This document shows positions 52,279 through 63,643 of a stretch of 64,000 nucleotides of DNA, piece by piece. A program made the translations under genes and the position numbers. Within the stretch, counting starts at the first letter, position 1. Each line of letters starts with the position of its first letter. Origin of the DNA: Candidatus Poribacteria bacterium (GTDB lineage Bacteria; Poribacteria; WGA-4E; PCPOR2b); NCBI GenBank assembly GCA_965218095.1, contig OZ244587.1, positions 3,552,001 through 3,616,000 on the forward strand, read 5' to 3'. A model generated the notes under the pieces. It worked only from the letters and a program-made list of their open reading frames with translations. It did not search any database and was not told the origin of the DNA.

Positions 52279-54015
52279 TTACCACCCAATCGCATACGAA
52301 GTCGAGCGCGGATCGGCGCCGCCCACACGGGTACCGGTCTCCGGATCGACCGTGATTGCGCACACGCAACTGACCGAACCCCAATCCTGATTATCGTGGA
52401 CGATATGCCCTCGATTTCTGAGGAATTCTCGCACCTGTGGGTCAACACGGGCTTCAACCGTTACCTCTCCGGGTTGAATGCCGTGGGGCCAGAACGAGTT
52501 GGGAAAACTGTGTGTGACGGCGCGGGGCGCTTCGATTGCCTCCTGTGGCTCCATCCCAAATTCAACTATGTTGAGGAACACTTGCAGCATCCCCTGAACC
52601 TGCGCGTCACCGCCAGGGCATCCAATCGGCATAAACGGCTTTCCATCTTTGAGGACCATCGCGGGGTTCGGCGTGAGTCGCGGACGCTTCCACGGCTGAA
52701 GGCAGCAGGGGTGCTCCGGATCGAGCCACGTCTGCGTGCCACGCGACGAGATTGGAAAGCCTAAGCCCGGAACGATTGGCGTCCCCCCAACTCCATCTGA
52801 TGGTGTCGCTGAAAAGGCATTACCCGCTTCATCAACCACGCAGAGATAGCTGGTATCCGTTTCCCATTCCGAGATGTGTTCTGGTTGGGAACGATTCGGA
52901 TCTAAGGTTGGGAATGGCCCATTTTCCCGACGCGATTCGGGATGGAATAGCCATGGATTTCCCGGCAGTGGCATGTCGGGGGCAGCGTGCTGTGGATTGA
53001 TTGCTCCCCGTCTTTCGGCGGCGTATCTGCCATCCAGCAATCCCACCATCGGTACCTGCACAAAATCGGGGTCGCCGAAGTAGGCGTGCCGGTCAGCGAA
53101 AGCCAGCTTGAGTCCTTCAATGACCGCGTGGAGATAGTCTGCGGAGTTATGTCCTATCCCTTTCAGATCAATCCCTTCGAGGATCTTCAGCGCCATGTTT
53201 AGCGTGGGACCTTGACACCAAGGACCACAAGTGTAAACATCATAGCCTTTGTAGGTAATGTGCTCCGGCGGCTCGACGCGAACCGAAGACGCCGCGAGAT
53301 CATCGTAGGTCAGCAAGCCACCTTCCTTCCGATAGAAGTCAGCGATTTCGTGGGCGATTTCACCCTTATAGATCAAGTCGCGTGCGGCCTGGATACGTGC
53401 ACGCCTGTCTTCCCTAGCGCTGCGCTCGGCGTCGATCATCCGTTTGAAGGTGTTCGCCAGATCCTTTTGGACAAAGAGCTCCCCAATCTGCGGAACCTGT
53501 CCACCGGGGTTGTACACTTTGGCGGTCGATGGCCAATTTCCGACACCCTCTCCACTCACAACGGAATGGAATTCGGCATCCACTGGACGACCATTTTCGA
53601 CGAGGTCTAACGCGGGCTGAATCACCTGTTCAAAGGTCATTGTACCGAATCGCGCCAGCGCCGTCAGCCACGCATCAGGGGCAGCAGGAGTGACCGTGCG
53701 CAAGATTCCATCGGGCAGATCGCCGCCGTGATGTTCGTGAAAGTAGTCCATGCTTGCGGCTTGGGGCCAACGGCCCAGTCCGCTAATCGTTTCGACGGGG
53801 TCGCCCGACGCTGGACAGTAAATAATCGGCGCGACGCCTCCAAAGTGGGCTGAACCGGGTTGAAGGATGTTGATACAGATTCCTGTTGCCACACCTGCAT
53901 CGGCGGCGTTGCCTCCACTTTCGAGGATGCGAACCCCCGCCATCGTGGCAAGATAATGGAGCGACGATACAAGATAACGCTTTCCTCGTACTGAGGGGCG
54001 ATGACTCTGTGGCAT
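52279..54015 (-). CDS. ggt: Gamma-glutamyltransferase family protein (copy 2)
   Basis: Same motifs as copy 1 and colinear with 9779-11518. Confidence 0.9.
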   Translation of the reverse strand: MPQSHRPSVRGKRYLVSSLHYLATMAGVRILESGGNAADAGVATGICINILQPGSAHFGGVAPIIYCPASGDPVETISGLGRWPQAASMDYFHEHHGGDLPDGILRTVTPAAPDAWLTALARFGTMTFEQVIQPALDLVENGRPVDAEFHSVVSGEGVGNWPSTAKVYNPGGQVPQIGELFVQKDLANTFKRMIDAERSAREDRRARIQAARDLIYKGEIAHEIADFYRKEGGLLTYDDLAASSVRVEPPEHITYKGYDVYTCGPWCQGPTLNMALKILEGIDLKGIGHNSADYLHAVIEGLKLAFADRHAYFGDPDFVQVPMVGLLDGRYAAERRGAINPQHAAPDMPLPGNPWLFHPESRRENGPFPTLDPNRSQPEHISEWETDTSYLCVVDEAGNAFSATPSDGVGGTPIVPGLGFPISSRGTQTWLDPEHPCCLQPWKRPRLTPNPAMVLKDGKPFMPIGCPGGDAQVQGMLQVFLNIVEFGMEPQEAIEAPRAVTHSFPNSFWPHGIQPGEVTVEARVDPQVREFLRNRGHIVHDNQDWGSVSCVCAITVDPETGTRVGGADPRSTSYAIGW

Positions 54016-54251
54016 TGGTGTTTCTCCTTTCTCAAAAAGGAAATTGGAAATTGAAGATGAGGAACTTGCTGTGCGAAAAGAGGTGCGTCTTATAATTTTC
54101 CACTTGCTTTTCTAGCGGTGGCATTCAGTCCACCAATTCGATAACGACAGACTTTTTTTGCGACCCTTTGTTCTTTCTCGTGGGGAATTTCTACTATATC
54201 AAATGAAAAGGCGCGTGGAGATTTATTTTGCTTTTGGGATTTTTGAGGGAA

Positions 54252-55238
54252 TCAAGCACCTGTCATTTCCCAATCAAGCAACACGCCCAGCGCCTCATCC
54301 ATCCGATTGTAGAGCAGGTCGAATGCAGCAGCGGCTTCCGTGTAAGGAAAACGATGGGTAGTCATTTTCTCCGTCTGGATGATGCCTGACCCAAGTAGCT
54401 GTATCGCTCGCAGTGAGACCCCAGCCGGAATCCCTTGACCATAATAGCCACCCAGAAGTTGTCGCCGCTGGATTTTACCCGAGGTGAGCGGCAGTGGTTG
54501 GTCTTCATACAGACCAATCAGATGGAGTAGCCCACCAACCGCCAGCATGTCCAAACCTTGATCGAAGGCTTTCGGTCCCGCCGGTCCTCCGACAGCATAC
54601 ACCACAATATGCGCACCAACGCCGTTGGTGAGTTTGCGGACAGCTCGGACGGGGTCTTCGTCGCCGGCATTGATAACAGCATCTGCTCCCAACTCCTCTG
54701 ATAACGCACATCGACTGTCAAGCGCGTCCACAGTGATGATACGTCCACGTCCGTTGGCTTTGGCAACCTGCATGAGGAGACTGCCGACTAAGCCTTGTCC
54801 AAGTATGACGACCGTATCATAGGGTTGGATGTTCTCAATGTCCACCCAGGATACAGCGCCTGCTGCCAGCGGGTAGTAGGGAGCCTGGTCGAAACTCACC
54901 GTCGGTAGCATCGGGACGACCCGTGCCTGCTCTTGGGGTGAGCTCACGCGGGCGGGGCGGACGACGTATTGTGCGTGCGGCGCCGAAGCGACGACCCGGT
55001 CGCCAACGGTGTAGTGGTCGAGCCCTTCACCGACGGCGTCAACGATTCCGGCGAGTGAATACCCCATACTTTCCGGATTGACCGCATGTTCGCGGGTATA
55101 CCGTCCACCCATTTCTGAGCCGCGGCTGATGAGACTCCGCACCGCCTTGACCCGAACCTCGCCCGGACCGGGTTCGGGCATGGGTGCTTCTTCGATAACA
55201 ACGTTAAACTTACCTTCTGGCTTGGCAACTCGTTTCAT
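54252..55238 (-). CDS. Zinc-binding/MDR alcohol dehydrogenase family
   Basis: SLISRGSE, GYSLAGIV, GQGLVG, THRFP. Confidence 0.88.
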   Translation of the reverse strand: MKRVAKPEGKFNVVIEEAPMPEPGPGEVRVKAVRSLISRGSEMGGRYTREHAVNPESMGYSLAGIVDAVGEGLDHYTVGDRVVASAPHAQYVVRPARVSSPQEQARVVPMLPTVSFDQAPYYPLAAGAVSWVDIENIQPYDTVVILGQGLVGSLLMQVAKANGRGRIITVDALDSRCALSEELGADAVINAGDEDPVRAVRKLTNGVGAHIVVYAVGGPAGPKAFDQGLDMLAVGGLLHLIGLYEDQPLPLTSGKIQRRQLLGGYYGQGIPAGVSLRAIQLLGSGIIQTEKMTTHRFPYTEAAAAFDLLYNRMDEALGVLLDWEMTGA

Positions 55239-55468
55239 TGTGGTATTTCTTTCTGTTCGGTGTTAGCGACTGTCGTTGAGCCGTCCTTCGTCCGCTTCGA
55301 TGAGATCGAACCACGAACGCAGGTCTAGGGAATCAGAAGCAAGTTTCCGCCGCGCTGCTTCTATAGAACACAGACCACGAACTTAGTCCGGACGTTGCGG
55401 CATGAATTAATGCGTAATGCGTAAAACGTCAGGTCGATCATAGCTGACCCATTACGTTTCACGCATCA

Positions 55469-57943
55469 CTAATGTGCTATCCCCAACTGATGCATCCGTC
55501 GGTGAATCGCCTCACGCGCTTCGATGAAGGGACGTTCCAGATAGGCGAGATGATCGCTCTCACCGTGATGGTGCGTCGCTGTACCGGGGGCGTGTCGTGC
55601 AGCCGTTTCGCGGATGTAGGTCAGGTTGCCATCAATGAGCGTGAGCATGTATTGCGCTGCGTCCTTGTCGAACATCCACCACTCTCCGCCACAGGCGACA
55701 TAAATCGGCGAGGTATGCGCGAAGATGCCACGACCCCAACCGTCATGATGCGGAACGCTGGTGTAGTTGGGACCACCGCATCGCGCTGCCAACCAGGTGT
55801 GTCCATCCACTTTCACCTTTTCCTCCAACGTCAATCGCCGCGTGCCATTGCTATTTTCTGTCGAAGCGACGACACGTCCACCCTGAACGATTTCGAGCGT
55901 GTGAATTGGGAAGATGCTCTCTGCCCACGCTTCGACCTCCACTGTGCCGGGCCCGGACAATTGCATTGTGTCACCGACATTGTGACCATCCACGGTGAAA
56001 TGAATGATGGGACCGCCACTATGAAATGTCCGTCCCTGCGATACACTCTTACACCAGTTGTCGTAGTTGAATTCTTCGTCGGGCAGATAAGCGTAGGTGC
56101 GGTAAATCCCAACGGGCACATCGCTGCTCATCTTATCCGTACCGCCAACAAGCGGCAGACGATAACCGCAGTTGAGGTAGCGGTAGTATTCGAGGTGGTT
56201 GAACGGCGCATGGCGCAGCATCTCCACACCATCTACACGACCGGTTGCAATCAACGCGGCGGGTTCGCCATTCGGGTTAGGCAGATGCGGGATGATGACC
56301 GTGCCGCCTTGGGCGTGGGTTTGGTCTGCCCAATCGCTCATGGTGATTTCTAGTGTCCCGCCAAGTTCGGCTTCACCCGGACCATCGCTGCACCACGGCA
56401 TCACTGGATCCGTTAGTCCCCAGAGGATGAGGTGTCCCAAGAAGTGCTGCCGGTTCTCCTGACCGACATAAACAATGTTGTTGCCATCCTGCGAGATACT
56501 CGGCCCGCCGGTGAAATCCTCAATGTTTGTGAAGAGGTTTCCCCACTGTGATGGCAGCAGGTTGACGATATTGAGATCTTCCCCCTGTGACTCCGTATGG
56601 CTACCTTGCGCTGAAAGAAAATGAACATGCGAGTCACCACTGAACCAGCCTTGGTTGTTCATGTGAATCCAGCGCTTGAGGCGTAAGGTCAGTTCGCGCT
56701 GATCCGGTTGGATGTTCACCCGCGCTCGCAACGGCTCGTACTCAAACCCGCGTGCGATGTCCACAATGACCTCGCCGCGCGGCAGCCACCCCTGACAACG
56801 ACCGTCAATGTAGGCATAAGTGATTTGTCCCAGCCGAAGGTCGCCCCCCACGTCAATATGCCATGAGTCGAGGTTCGAGTTGACTTGGTTGTGGTGACCG
56901 TGTGGCTGATAAGGAATACCTTCGGGCGATCGAAAGTGAACACGGCAGGGGACAGGTTTGCCCGTGTCGTCGTCGAGGACAGTGACGTGAACCCAATTCC
57001 GTCCACGGTCTAACAGTTCCACGCGCATTCGCGGTGTCTCGACCACCTTCTTCTCCTCAACATCGCCCCACTTGACCTCGCCAACCTTTTCTTCACCCTG
57101 CTTCACCGTTACCGTTGCCGATGGGAGTGCTGCGACTTCCACGTAGGCGGGACTGGATTTGGGATTCTGCACCTCACCCCAACCGGTGAAATCGTCATTG
57201 ACAAAATCATCGGGGGACGCTTCAGGCAGTGGGTGAACGTATGTCGCCACGCCCCTATCCACTTCCACCTCGAGATCGAAAGGCTTCTCTGCGTCTTCGG
57301 GATGGGTGAGAATCAGGCGCGCTTCACGTTTTCCGTGTCGAACGAAGGGGTGTTCATCAAGGTGCGAGAGCGTGATCCCAGCGATGATAAAACGTGGGCC
57401 TTGAGGAACGATTTCCAACGACTCAATCTCACGATCGGGCTGCGGATTTTCCCAGACCCACAGATAATAGCCGCGCGGCGTGCCACGCGAGACTTCGGTC
57501 TGGCGGCGTCCCATCTGGTCCCACTGCCCTTCATAACGCGGCATCAGCGCATCATTCTGATCCGGGAGCGCACGGAATGGTGCACCGCCTCTGAAAAGAT
57601 CCGCAATCTCAAATCGTTCGTGAATGGGGACGCGCACCCCGTCGCCGCCTGATAGATGGAACACATAATCCGCCACAGGCTTCCCCAACGGGCCGCCCTC
57701 CATCAGATCGGAATCGAGCAGGCGATGCGCCATAACGACGCGATGTGCGGATTGGTTAATGGAGATGGTCACATTCCCCGCCGTGCCGTCGAGGGCAATG
57801 AAACATTTCGATTGATCTGTGCCTACCAGGAACGGCAGTCCACGAAAGGTTTGTTCTCCAATTGGTGCGTGCGAATTGTCGCCCAATACTTCGAGTCCTA
57901 CGTTGCACCATGATGATAAATCGAGCGGTTGATAGTCTGTCAT
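55469..57943 (-). CDS. CehA/McbA family metallohydrolase (PHP-like)
   Basis: RGFEYEP, GWFSGDSHVH, GQENR, GH, PH, YYRYLNCGYRLPLVGGTD, GRTFHSGGP, FAHTSPIY. Confidence 0.85.
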   Translation of the reverse strand: MTDYQPLDLSSWCNVGLEVLGDNSHAPIGEQTFRGLPFLVGTDQSKCFIALDGTAGNVTISINQSAHRVVMAHRLLDSDLMEGGPLGKPVADYVFHLSGGDGVRVPIHERFEIADLFRGGAPFRALPDQNDALMPRYEGQWDQMGRRQTEVSRGTPRGYYLWVWENPQPDREIESLEIVPQGPRFIIAGITLSHLDEHPFVRHGKREARLILTHPEDAEKPFDLEVEVDRGVATYVHPLPEASPDDFVNDDFTGWGEVQNPKSSPAYVEVAALPSATVTVKQGEEKVGEVKWGDVEEKKVVETPRMRVELLDRGRNWVHVTVLDDDTGKPVPCRVHFRSPEGIPYQPHGHHNQVNSNLDSWHIDVGGDLRLGQITYAYIDGRCQGWLPRGEVIVDIARGFEYEPLRARVNIQPDQRELTLRLKRWIHMNNQGWFSGDSHVHFLSAQGSHTESQGEDLNIVNLLPSQWGNLFTNIEDFTGGPSISQDGNNIVYVGQENRQHFLGHLILWGLTDPVMPWCSDGPGEAELGGTLEITMSDWADQTHAQGGTVIIPHLPNPNGEPAALIATGRVDGVEMLRHAPFNHLEYYRYLNCGYRLPLVGGTDKMSSDVPVGIYRTYAYLPDEEFNYDNWCKSVSQGRTFHSGGPIIHFTVDGHNVGDTMQLSGPGTVEVEAWAESIFPIHTLEIVQGGRVVASTENSNGTRRLTLEEKVKVDGHTWLAARCGGPNYTSVPHHDGWGRGIFAHTSPIYVACGGEWWMFDKDAAQYMLTLIDGNLTYIRETAARHAPGTATHHHGESDHLAYLERPFIEAREAIHRRMHQLGIAH

Positions 57944-58035
57944 GAGATGTAACTCCTTTCTGTTGCTAACATATTTAGACGGGAAATCCCGGCTGTCCTA
58001 CTTTGGTGGGAATTTCTCCAGAATTAGTACGATTA

Positions 58036-58938
58036 ACCCAAGTTGCGACCTATTCATCGAATATGTGAGTGAACTCAGAGCTGATTGATACTGCTAGCCA
58101 ATACAAACAAGACCACTTTCAATTCAAATCCGTGTTGCGTTACTGCATGGATTGAACGTGGAAGCAGTTTGTTAATCAAACTGCCAGCCGTCTCAACAGA
58201 CTTACGATGGTAATTAGCCAAGTAGGTCTCCCATGGTGGATACAGCCGCTTGGAATTCTTCTTGCGTACTGGCTTTAATTCGACTCCGACTGATGTAACA
58301 ATATCTTCTATCTCATAATTATTGTATGCTTTGTCACCATAGCCCGGTGGCAAGTCGAAGTCAAACCACTGTAACCCTTCAACGTCCCCTGTACTGGCTG
58401 GGGTCACAAAAAATTCAACAGGGTGTCGACTCGCAGTCACTAGCAGATGAACTTTCAAGCCATAGAAATACCGACGTTTGGACGCTTGATAGCCTCGATA
58501 TGCCTTATCGGTATAGATTTTTGACCGACGAATGCGGAACAAACAGCAATTGGTATGGTATCCAGTGCATAGATTTTCTGTTGATTAAGTTGCACATAGC
58601 TTCGTCCCAAGATTTTGAACAATGTGGTGAACATCGGTTTAATCGACTTTTTGAAAGCATCTTGGGTATATAGCCATGAGTCTTTAGAAAGTCACAAGTG
58701 GTTTGCAAGTTTGCCCCGAAGAACAACGCAGCGACGATGCCGGTGGTCATCACTTCGGCATCAGACATCTGCGTTTGTGGGTGTGGTTTTGAGTTGAGTG
58801 CTTCTAAGAGCTTGTCACAGAGATAGAAAATGGTTACAATTTGGATGTCCATGGGTTTCTCCTTTGGTTTCTCCTTTGAGGTATTATGGTTTGGATTACC
58901 TCTACTTTAACGGAAAACCCATGGATTTTCAATTACTA
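58036..58938 (-). mobile_element. IS982-family element with frameshifted transposase; one end lost
   Basis: MSDAEVMTT, YFYGLKVHL, GDKAY, RKSVETAGS, SIHAVT..GFELK; left end ACCCAAGTTGCGACCT; the right end abuts the next IS. Confidence 0.85.
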
Positions 58939-60047
58939 GAGGGGTGTGCATAGTAGTTCATTGGAAAACAGCCGCCATATGAGAGATATTGCGAGCAGGT
59001 AACTTCCATATGGCATTGGCAATCATAGCCACTTGCACTGATAACACCCCGATAGCTAAACAACAGCGTACATTGAAAAACCCCTTGACCGGTAACTGCT
59101 TCTGTTGAGGAGTGGTGCCTATCACTTTAGCAATCAAGTCAAACAACGGTTCAACCGAACTGCGACGTTTGCTTAAACAGAGACGCTGCTTGGGTTGGTT
59201 GATAAATCGATGATACGCCTTGGCAAACCGTCCCTTTGTCCATCTAAGTGCCGGGGTAATCAAAGCGACTTGTGCCTTCGCCCAACAACGGATACGGTCT
59301 GCTTGGGTATAGGCATCATCGGCAGTGAGTGTCTGCGGTGAAAGTTGTGTCAGAATCTCAGACGCTTTAGCATCTATCGCCCAACTTTCGGAGACCGACG
59401 CACGGTGCACAGTTATCAGTGTTGGGAACGCACCTTGTGTGCAGATAATGTGAAGTCCGTAGCCATAGACCCAGCCATGATAACCACTCTTGCTCCACGT
59501 GGCATCGGTGTCGAGGTTGCGTAGATGTTTAGGTACTTTTCCTGCTTTGCGGTCAGTTTGATGCCAGACGGGTCCTCGTGCCTTAAATAAACTTTTGTCG
59601 GCTACCAGATGAGCCAAGTTGAATTGTTGGGACAAGTCAGTGGCATACTGACCGATAAACAATACAAATGCCTCTATCACTTCATATAATGCCTTATAGC
59701 GACGTGCAATCGTGGTTCGATGAGGGGGCTGTTGCCACCCCAGCATTTGTAACACTTCTGGGTGATTGATTAGCCACCGCCATTGCGTTTTGAAGCCATA
59801 GATGCCGTGAAACTGCATCAACATGAAGAAAATGATAAACGAGGTGGTTGAATATGTCAATGGTTTTGCGTGTGTGACACCTGGTTTGTCAATACGGTGT
59901 TGCATAAACTGCTCAAAGAGTTGCATAATAAGAGTGACATAATCAGCCAACATTGGTCTTTGTACCATATTGGGGCTCCTTTTGCTATGATAACAATAGG
60001 AAACCCTTTTGGCTTGATTATGTCAACTATATTTATGCACACCCCTC
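58939..60047 (-). mobile_element. DDE insertion sequence (family uncertain) with intact 336-aa transposase (58958-59968)
   Basis: Perfect 14-bp TIR GAGGGGTGTGCATA / TATGCACACCCCTC; ADKSLFKA, DATWSKSGYHGWVYGYGLH, ADDAY, RRSSVEPLF. Confidence 0.88.
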
Positions 60048-60089
60048 AGTTGACTATGATTCTGGTTGAGTTTGCTCAATTCAGATCGA

Positions 60090-60780
60090 ATCTCTGACAT
60101 TTCGCTTCGCACCTCATCGATGCGCGTGTCGATCCGATTTTCAAGCCGTTGGTAAGTTCGCAATGCCTCATCGAATCGTGTCGTCGTTCGGATTGATGGC
60201 GACCGCCTGATTTAGCAAGCCAATTGCTCTGTCATATTGACCCCTCGCGTATTCAATTTGCCCTTGAATCAGCTCCTGAGTCGCATCGAAGTATAGACTT
60301 GCCTCCTGACCTCTGTTTTCTCCCCCATTGTGCGTCCATAGTTGGCCAAATAGGACGTCACCCGCTCGCGGTGTTTCGCCATCCCAGCAACATTTATCTC
60401 CGTTGTATTTGTCAAATCCTGCGCGCGGAAGAATTCAAGATACGGGTGGTTATCCGTATGAATTGGTCCATCCCCGACATATTGTCGGACTCGTTTCTCA
60501 CCCATCATAAATGAGTCGAGCAGCGACATGCCGTCAAGATCATCATGCGCAAGCCCCCTGCGGATGCTTGGTATTTGCGTGCGTTCCAGAAAGTCTTTGT
60601 AGTTAACCCTGAGTGGTTAAGGCGTACCAATCAAGATGACGAAGTCCGGCGTATATTTGTACCAGAGTGTCGTGTGCGGAAAAACTTTAATGAATATCCT
60701 CGCGATTGTCTTGTAGTGACCTTCGGGCACGCGGTGCAGCGGAACCCACTGGCACATGATGCCACGGAAAAAGTCCGTAT
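60090..60780 (-). pseudogene. Fragment of a fused membrane/spermidine synthase-like protein; boundaries approximate
   Basis: GIMCQWVPLH, VFPHTTLW, IHTDNHPYLEF, with an internal stop and a frameshift. Confidence 0.65.
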
Positions 60781-61128
60781 AATCCTCTATTCCAGTATTC
60801 TTTCAGCATAAAAGTTTTATTCGGAATTCGGTCTCATCAAACTTACAAACAACGACAAATTGATTGGATTATTGACTCAAATTATACCACTCTAGCGGAA
60901 CGAAAAACCAATCGAATTTCAGAAACCTGTTCTCCGTTTGCATGTCCTGTTCGCTAATTGAGGCATGTTACCTGATTGGTTATTCGGTTTCAATTTCTGC
61001 CCGACCGTGACACAATAACTGGATTGCACACCTCAGTTAGATCCGTGTTCACCCTCGCAAGAACTGACGCGAGCGGCACTTACCACTTTTCGGAAGTCGT
61101 TGATGGCCATGCCCAGCGCCCGAACTCA

Positions 61129-61728
61129 TCACCAGTTACAATCCGCGAGGGTTATGCTATATTCGCCAACGCACTCTGGCTTCCCTTTTGTCCACGGCTC
61201 CTGCGGCCAGACCGTGTGTCCTTGCTTGGTGTAGAGTTGGAGGCGGCGGTCGTCTAGCCTCAGATAGACACGGCGGTTGTCGCCCCACTGCGCCATCAGC
61301 CGCGACTGAAAGATGGCGGTGCTAGTACCGTCGTGGTACTCGAAAAGCCACGCTTCTACATCACAGTCATCAAGGGGAATCACTTCCCATCGCCGGGCGC
61401 CGTACAGGAACCGCGAGTCGTAAATGGTTATTTCAAAGCGCATCCGCGGGGGCCGTTGCAGCCCAAGGTATTCAGCGAAGGCGCCACCGTATCCGGGGAC
61501 GCAGACCTCGAAGGATTCTCCCCAGGGCTCGGACGTGACTGCATCCGTATCGAACTGTGGGCGGTGAGCCGAGACGTGGGTGCGGAAATCGGACGCGAGG
61601 CGACGGTAATACTTGCGCAAGTCCCCGTTCTCGGGAAACGCGGTCCGCGGGTAGAAGACGGTGGGTTCGCCGAGGTGCGCCACAGCGGTTTCTCGCAGAT
61701 ATTCGGGGCCGCCCAGTTGCACGAACAA
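61129..61728 (-). CDS. Hypothetical protein, probably partial
   Basis: 199-aa GC-rich ORF with no recognisable motif. Confidence 0.4.
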   Translation of the reverse strand: MFVQLGGPEYLRETAVAHLGEPTVFYPRTAFPENGDLRKYYRRLASDFRTHVSAHRPQFDTDAVTSEPWGESFEVCVPGYGGAFAEYLGLQRPPRMRFEITIYDSRFLYGARRWEVIPLDDCDVEAWLFEYHDGTSTAIFQSRLMAQWGDNRRVYLRLDDRRLQLYTKQGHTVWPQEPWTKGKPECVGEYSITLADCNW

Positions 61729-61974
61729 GGCTCAAGATTCTCGTAGCAGCACGGATGGATCAGAAAGATAGAGGCGATGTCCTTACCAGATTGCGTGTGT
61801 TGGCATCTACCTACAGCACTACGAGGAGAGCCAATCTCGCCTCGGTTTAATTCAGGGCAGTCACCGGCTTGACAGGAAGCTGGCGAAAAAGCTGATTCGG
61901 CGCGGAACCTCTTGACAAGTTTTATGTCGTTTCTTTGTCATACAGACTGACTTTCTAACTATGCTGATTGGATT

Positions 61975-62185
61975 GCGACCGAGCCGGGTGATTGCGTCAT
62001 CTTTGACCCCCGCATTTTGCATAGCGGTAGCAGAATCAGAGGTATTAAATATTCGATGTTCTTGGCGTTTGGTGTAGAGAACGTGCATTTTTACAACCAT
62101 CAACATTACTATCGATACCTCCGAAGTGATTTGGAATACAAACCCCCATCCCCTGAACTGACCGCAAAATTGCAGGCAGCAGAGC
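61975..62185 (+). pseudogene. C-terminal fragment of a phytanoyl-CoA dioxygenase-like protein; boundaries approximate
   Basis: PGDCVIFDPRILHSGS motif. Confidence 0.55.
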
Positions 62186-62464
62186 AGACCTGTACCCAAC
62201 AGTCCCTATCGGCGCAGACGGGATGGAAGATGCTTGGCTGCCCTCAAAGGCGCACACAATTCTTAGCTGATTTTTTCGTAAATGATGACGGCACAATGTT
62301 TCAACTGGGAGCGGCATCCCTGCCTCGATTCGTGGTTGAAACTATCGGTAAGCCGATTTCGTTTATATTCAGCGTTGGTACTTTCAGTTCACTTTTCATC
62401 GGGGCAAGGATTGAAAACTACGGCGGATTATCGGGACACGGATGTCCTCAGAAAGGTGAATCTC

Positions 62465-63493
62465 ATGCGTATGAAATGCATGATCGGTCTATTCATACTC
62501 GTTGTCATAGTAGGCGGCGTCGCGTCAGCACAGGGCGGGGCGGGGAAATTGGTTTTTGCCATCCGCAAGCCCTTGCAACATCGGGACGGTTTCCGAGCGG
62601 CGACGGGGACGCTGGAAAAAGGTCGGGGGACAACCAAATGGTGGGAGTTCTATCAGTATAACGTCTGCGCGATGAATCCGAGCGGAACAGATTTCGGCCA
62701 ACTCACGGACGACGGGCTTTCCCGCAGACCCCGATGGTCACCGGACGGGGGGCGAATCGCTTACATATCCGGGGTTGATGGGTCGGAATCGCTCTATGTG
62801 ATGCAGGGAGATGGCACCGAGAACGAGCGACTCATCAAGAAACAGCATCGCATTCACGATTTCTGGTGGTCTCCGTTAAGTCACGCGGTTCTCGTTGTGG
62901 TTGAGATTGACCGTGTGAAGGATCGACTCGAAAACTGGGTCGTAACAGTTGATGGGAAATCGACAAAGCGATGGAGAACCCGCCGGTGGGCGGAGGGCTG
63001 GCTTCACTGGGATGCGAAAGGCGAGAAGGTCAAAGAGCCGAAAAACAAACTGATTGAAGCGTTGCCGGAAGGAATCAGATGGCCCGAATGGTCGCCAGAC
63101 CGCAAATGGATCGTGTTTAAGACCGATGGATTCCTTGCGCTGGCGGAACCGGATGTCGTCGGTGTGACTGGATTATGGTTTCTGCAACACGACGAACCGC
63201 CGTGTCAAAAGATTGAGGAGTGGTCACCGGATGGCAAGCAGATCTTGTTTTATGCGTCGGGCGAGATCTGCGTTGCCGCTGTAGAGAAGGGACGATTTAA
63301 GAGTTATCTGAATCTGAGCCTTTACAAGGGGCGGGATGCAACGTGGCGTCCGGACGGGAGTCAGGTTGCATTTATCGGACGCGATCCGGGCGGACGGCGA
63401 ACCAGCGAAATCTTCATTTTAGATGTTGGAACGGGCAAAATGCAGCAGATTACCTCGACCAGTTACGATTATTTCGATCTGCATTGGCGATAA
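62465..63493 (+). CDS. Secreted TolB-like (PD40) beta-propeller protein
   Basis: Signal peptide; PRWSPDG, WSPDRK, WSPDGK, WRPDG repeats. Confidence 0.85.
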   Translation: MRMKCMIGLFILVVIVGGVASAQGGAGKLVFAIRKPLQHRDGFRAATGTLEKGRGTTKWWEFYQYNVCAMNPSGTDFGQLTDDGLSRRPRWSPDGGRIAYISGVDGSESLYVMQGDGTENERLIKKQHRIHDFWWSPLSHAVLVVVEIDRVKDRLENWVVTVDGKSTKRWRTRRWAEGWLHWDAKGEKVKEPKNKLIEALPEGIRWPEWSPDRKWIVFKTDGFLALAEPDVVGVTGLWFLQHDEPPCQKIEEWSPDGKQILFYASGEICVAAVEKGRFKSYLNLSLYKGRDATWRPDGSQVAFIGRDPGGRRTSEIFILDVGTGKMQQITSTSYDYFDLHWR

Positions 63494-63643
63494 TTCGGGA
63501 GAATCTGTAGGAGAGACAGCCCTATCCCGAATGGTCATACCCACTTTCAGCCCTCTTTCGGGGCGAGGGTTGAAATATTCGTAATACGTAATGCGTAAGA
63601 AAAACCTTGGACTTGGACGATATGCGTCATGCGTCACTCAATA

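Noticed and set aside
62017-62661. 214-aa ORF
   Set aside because: Only the first ~55 aa belong to a PhyH fragment; the rest is read-through overlapping the TolB-like gene.
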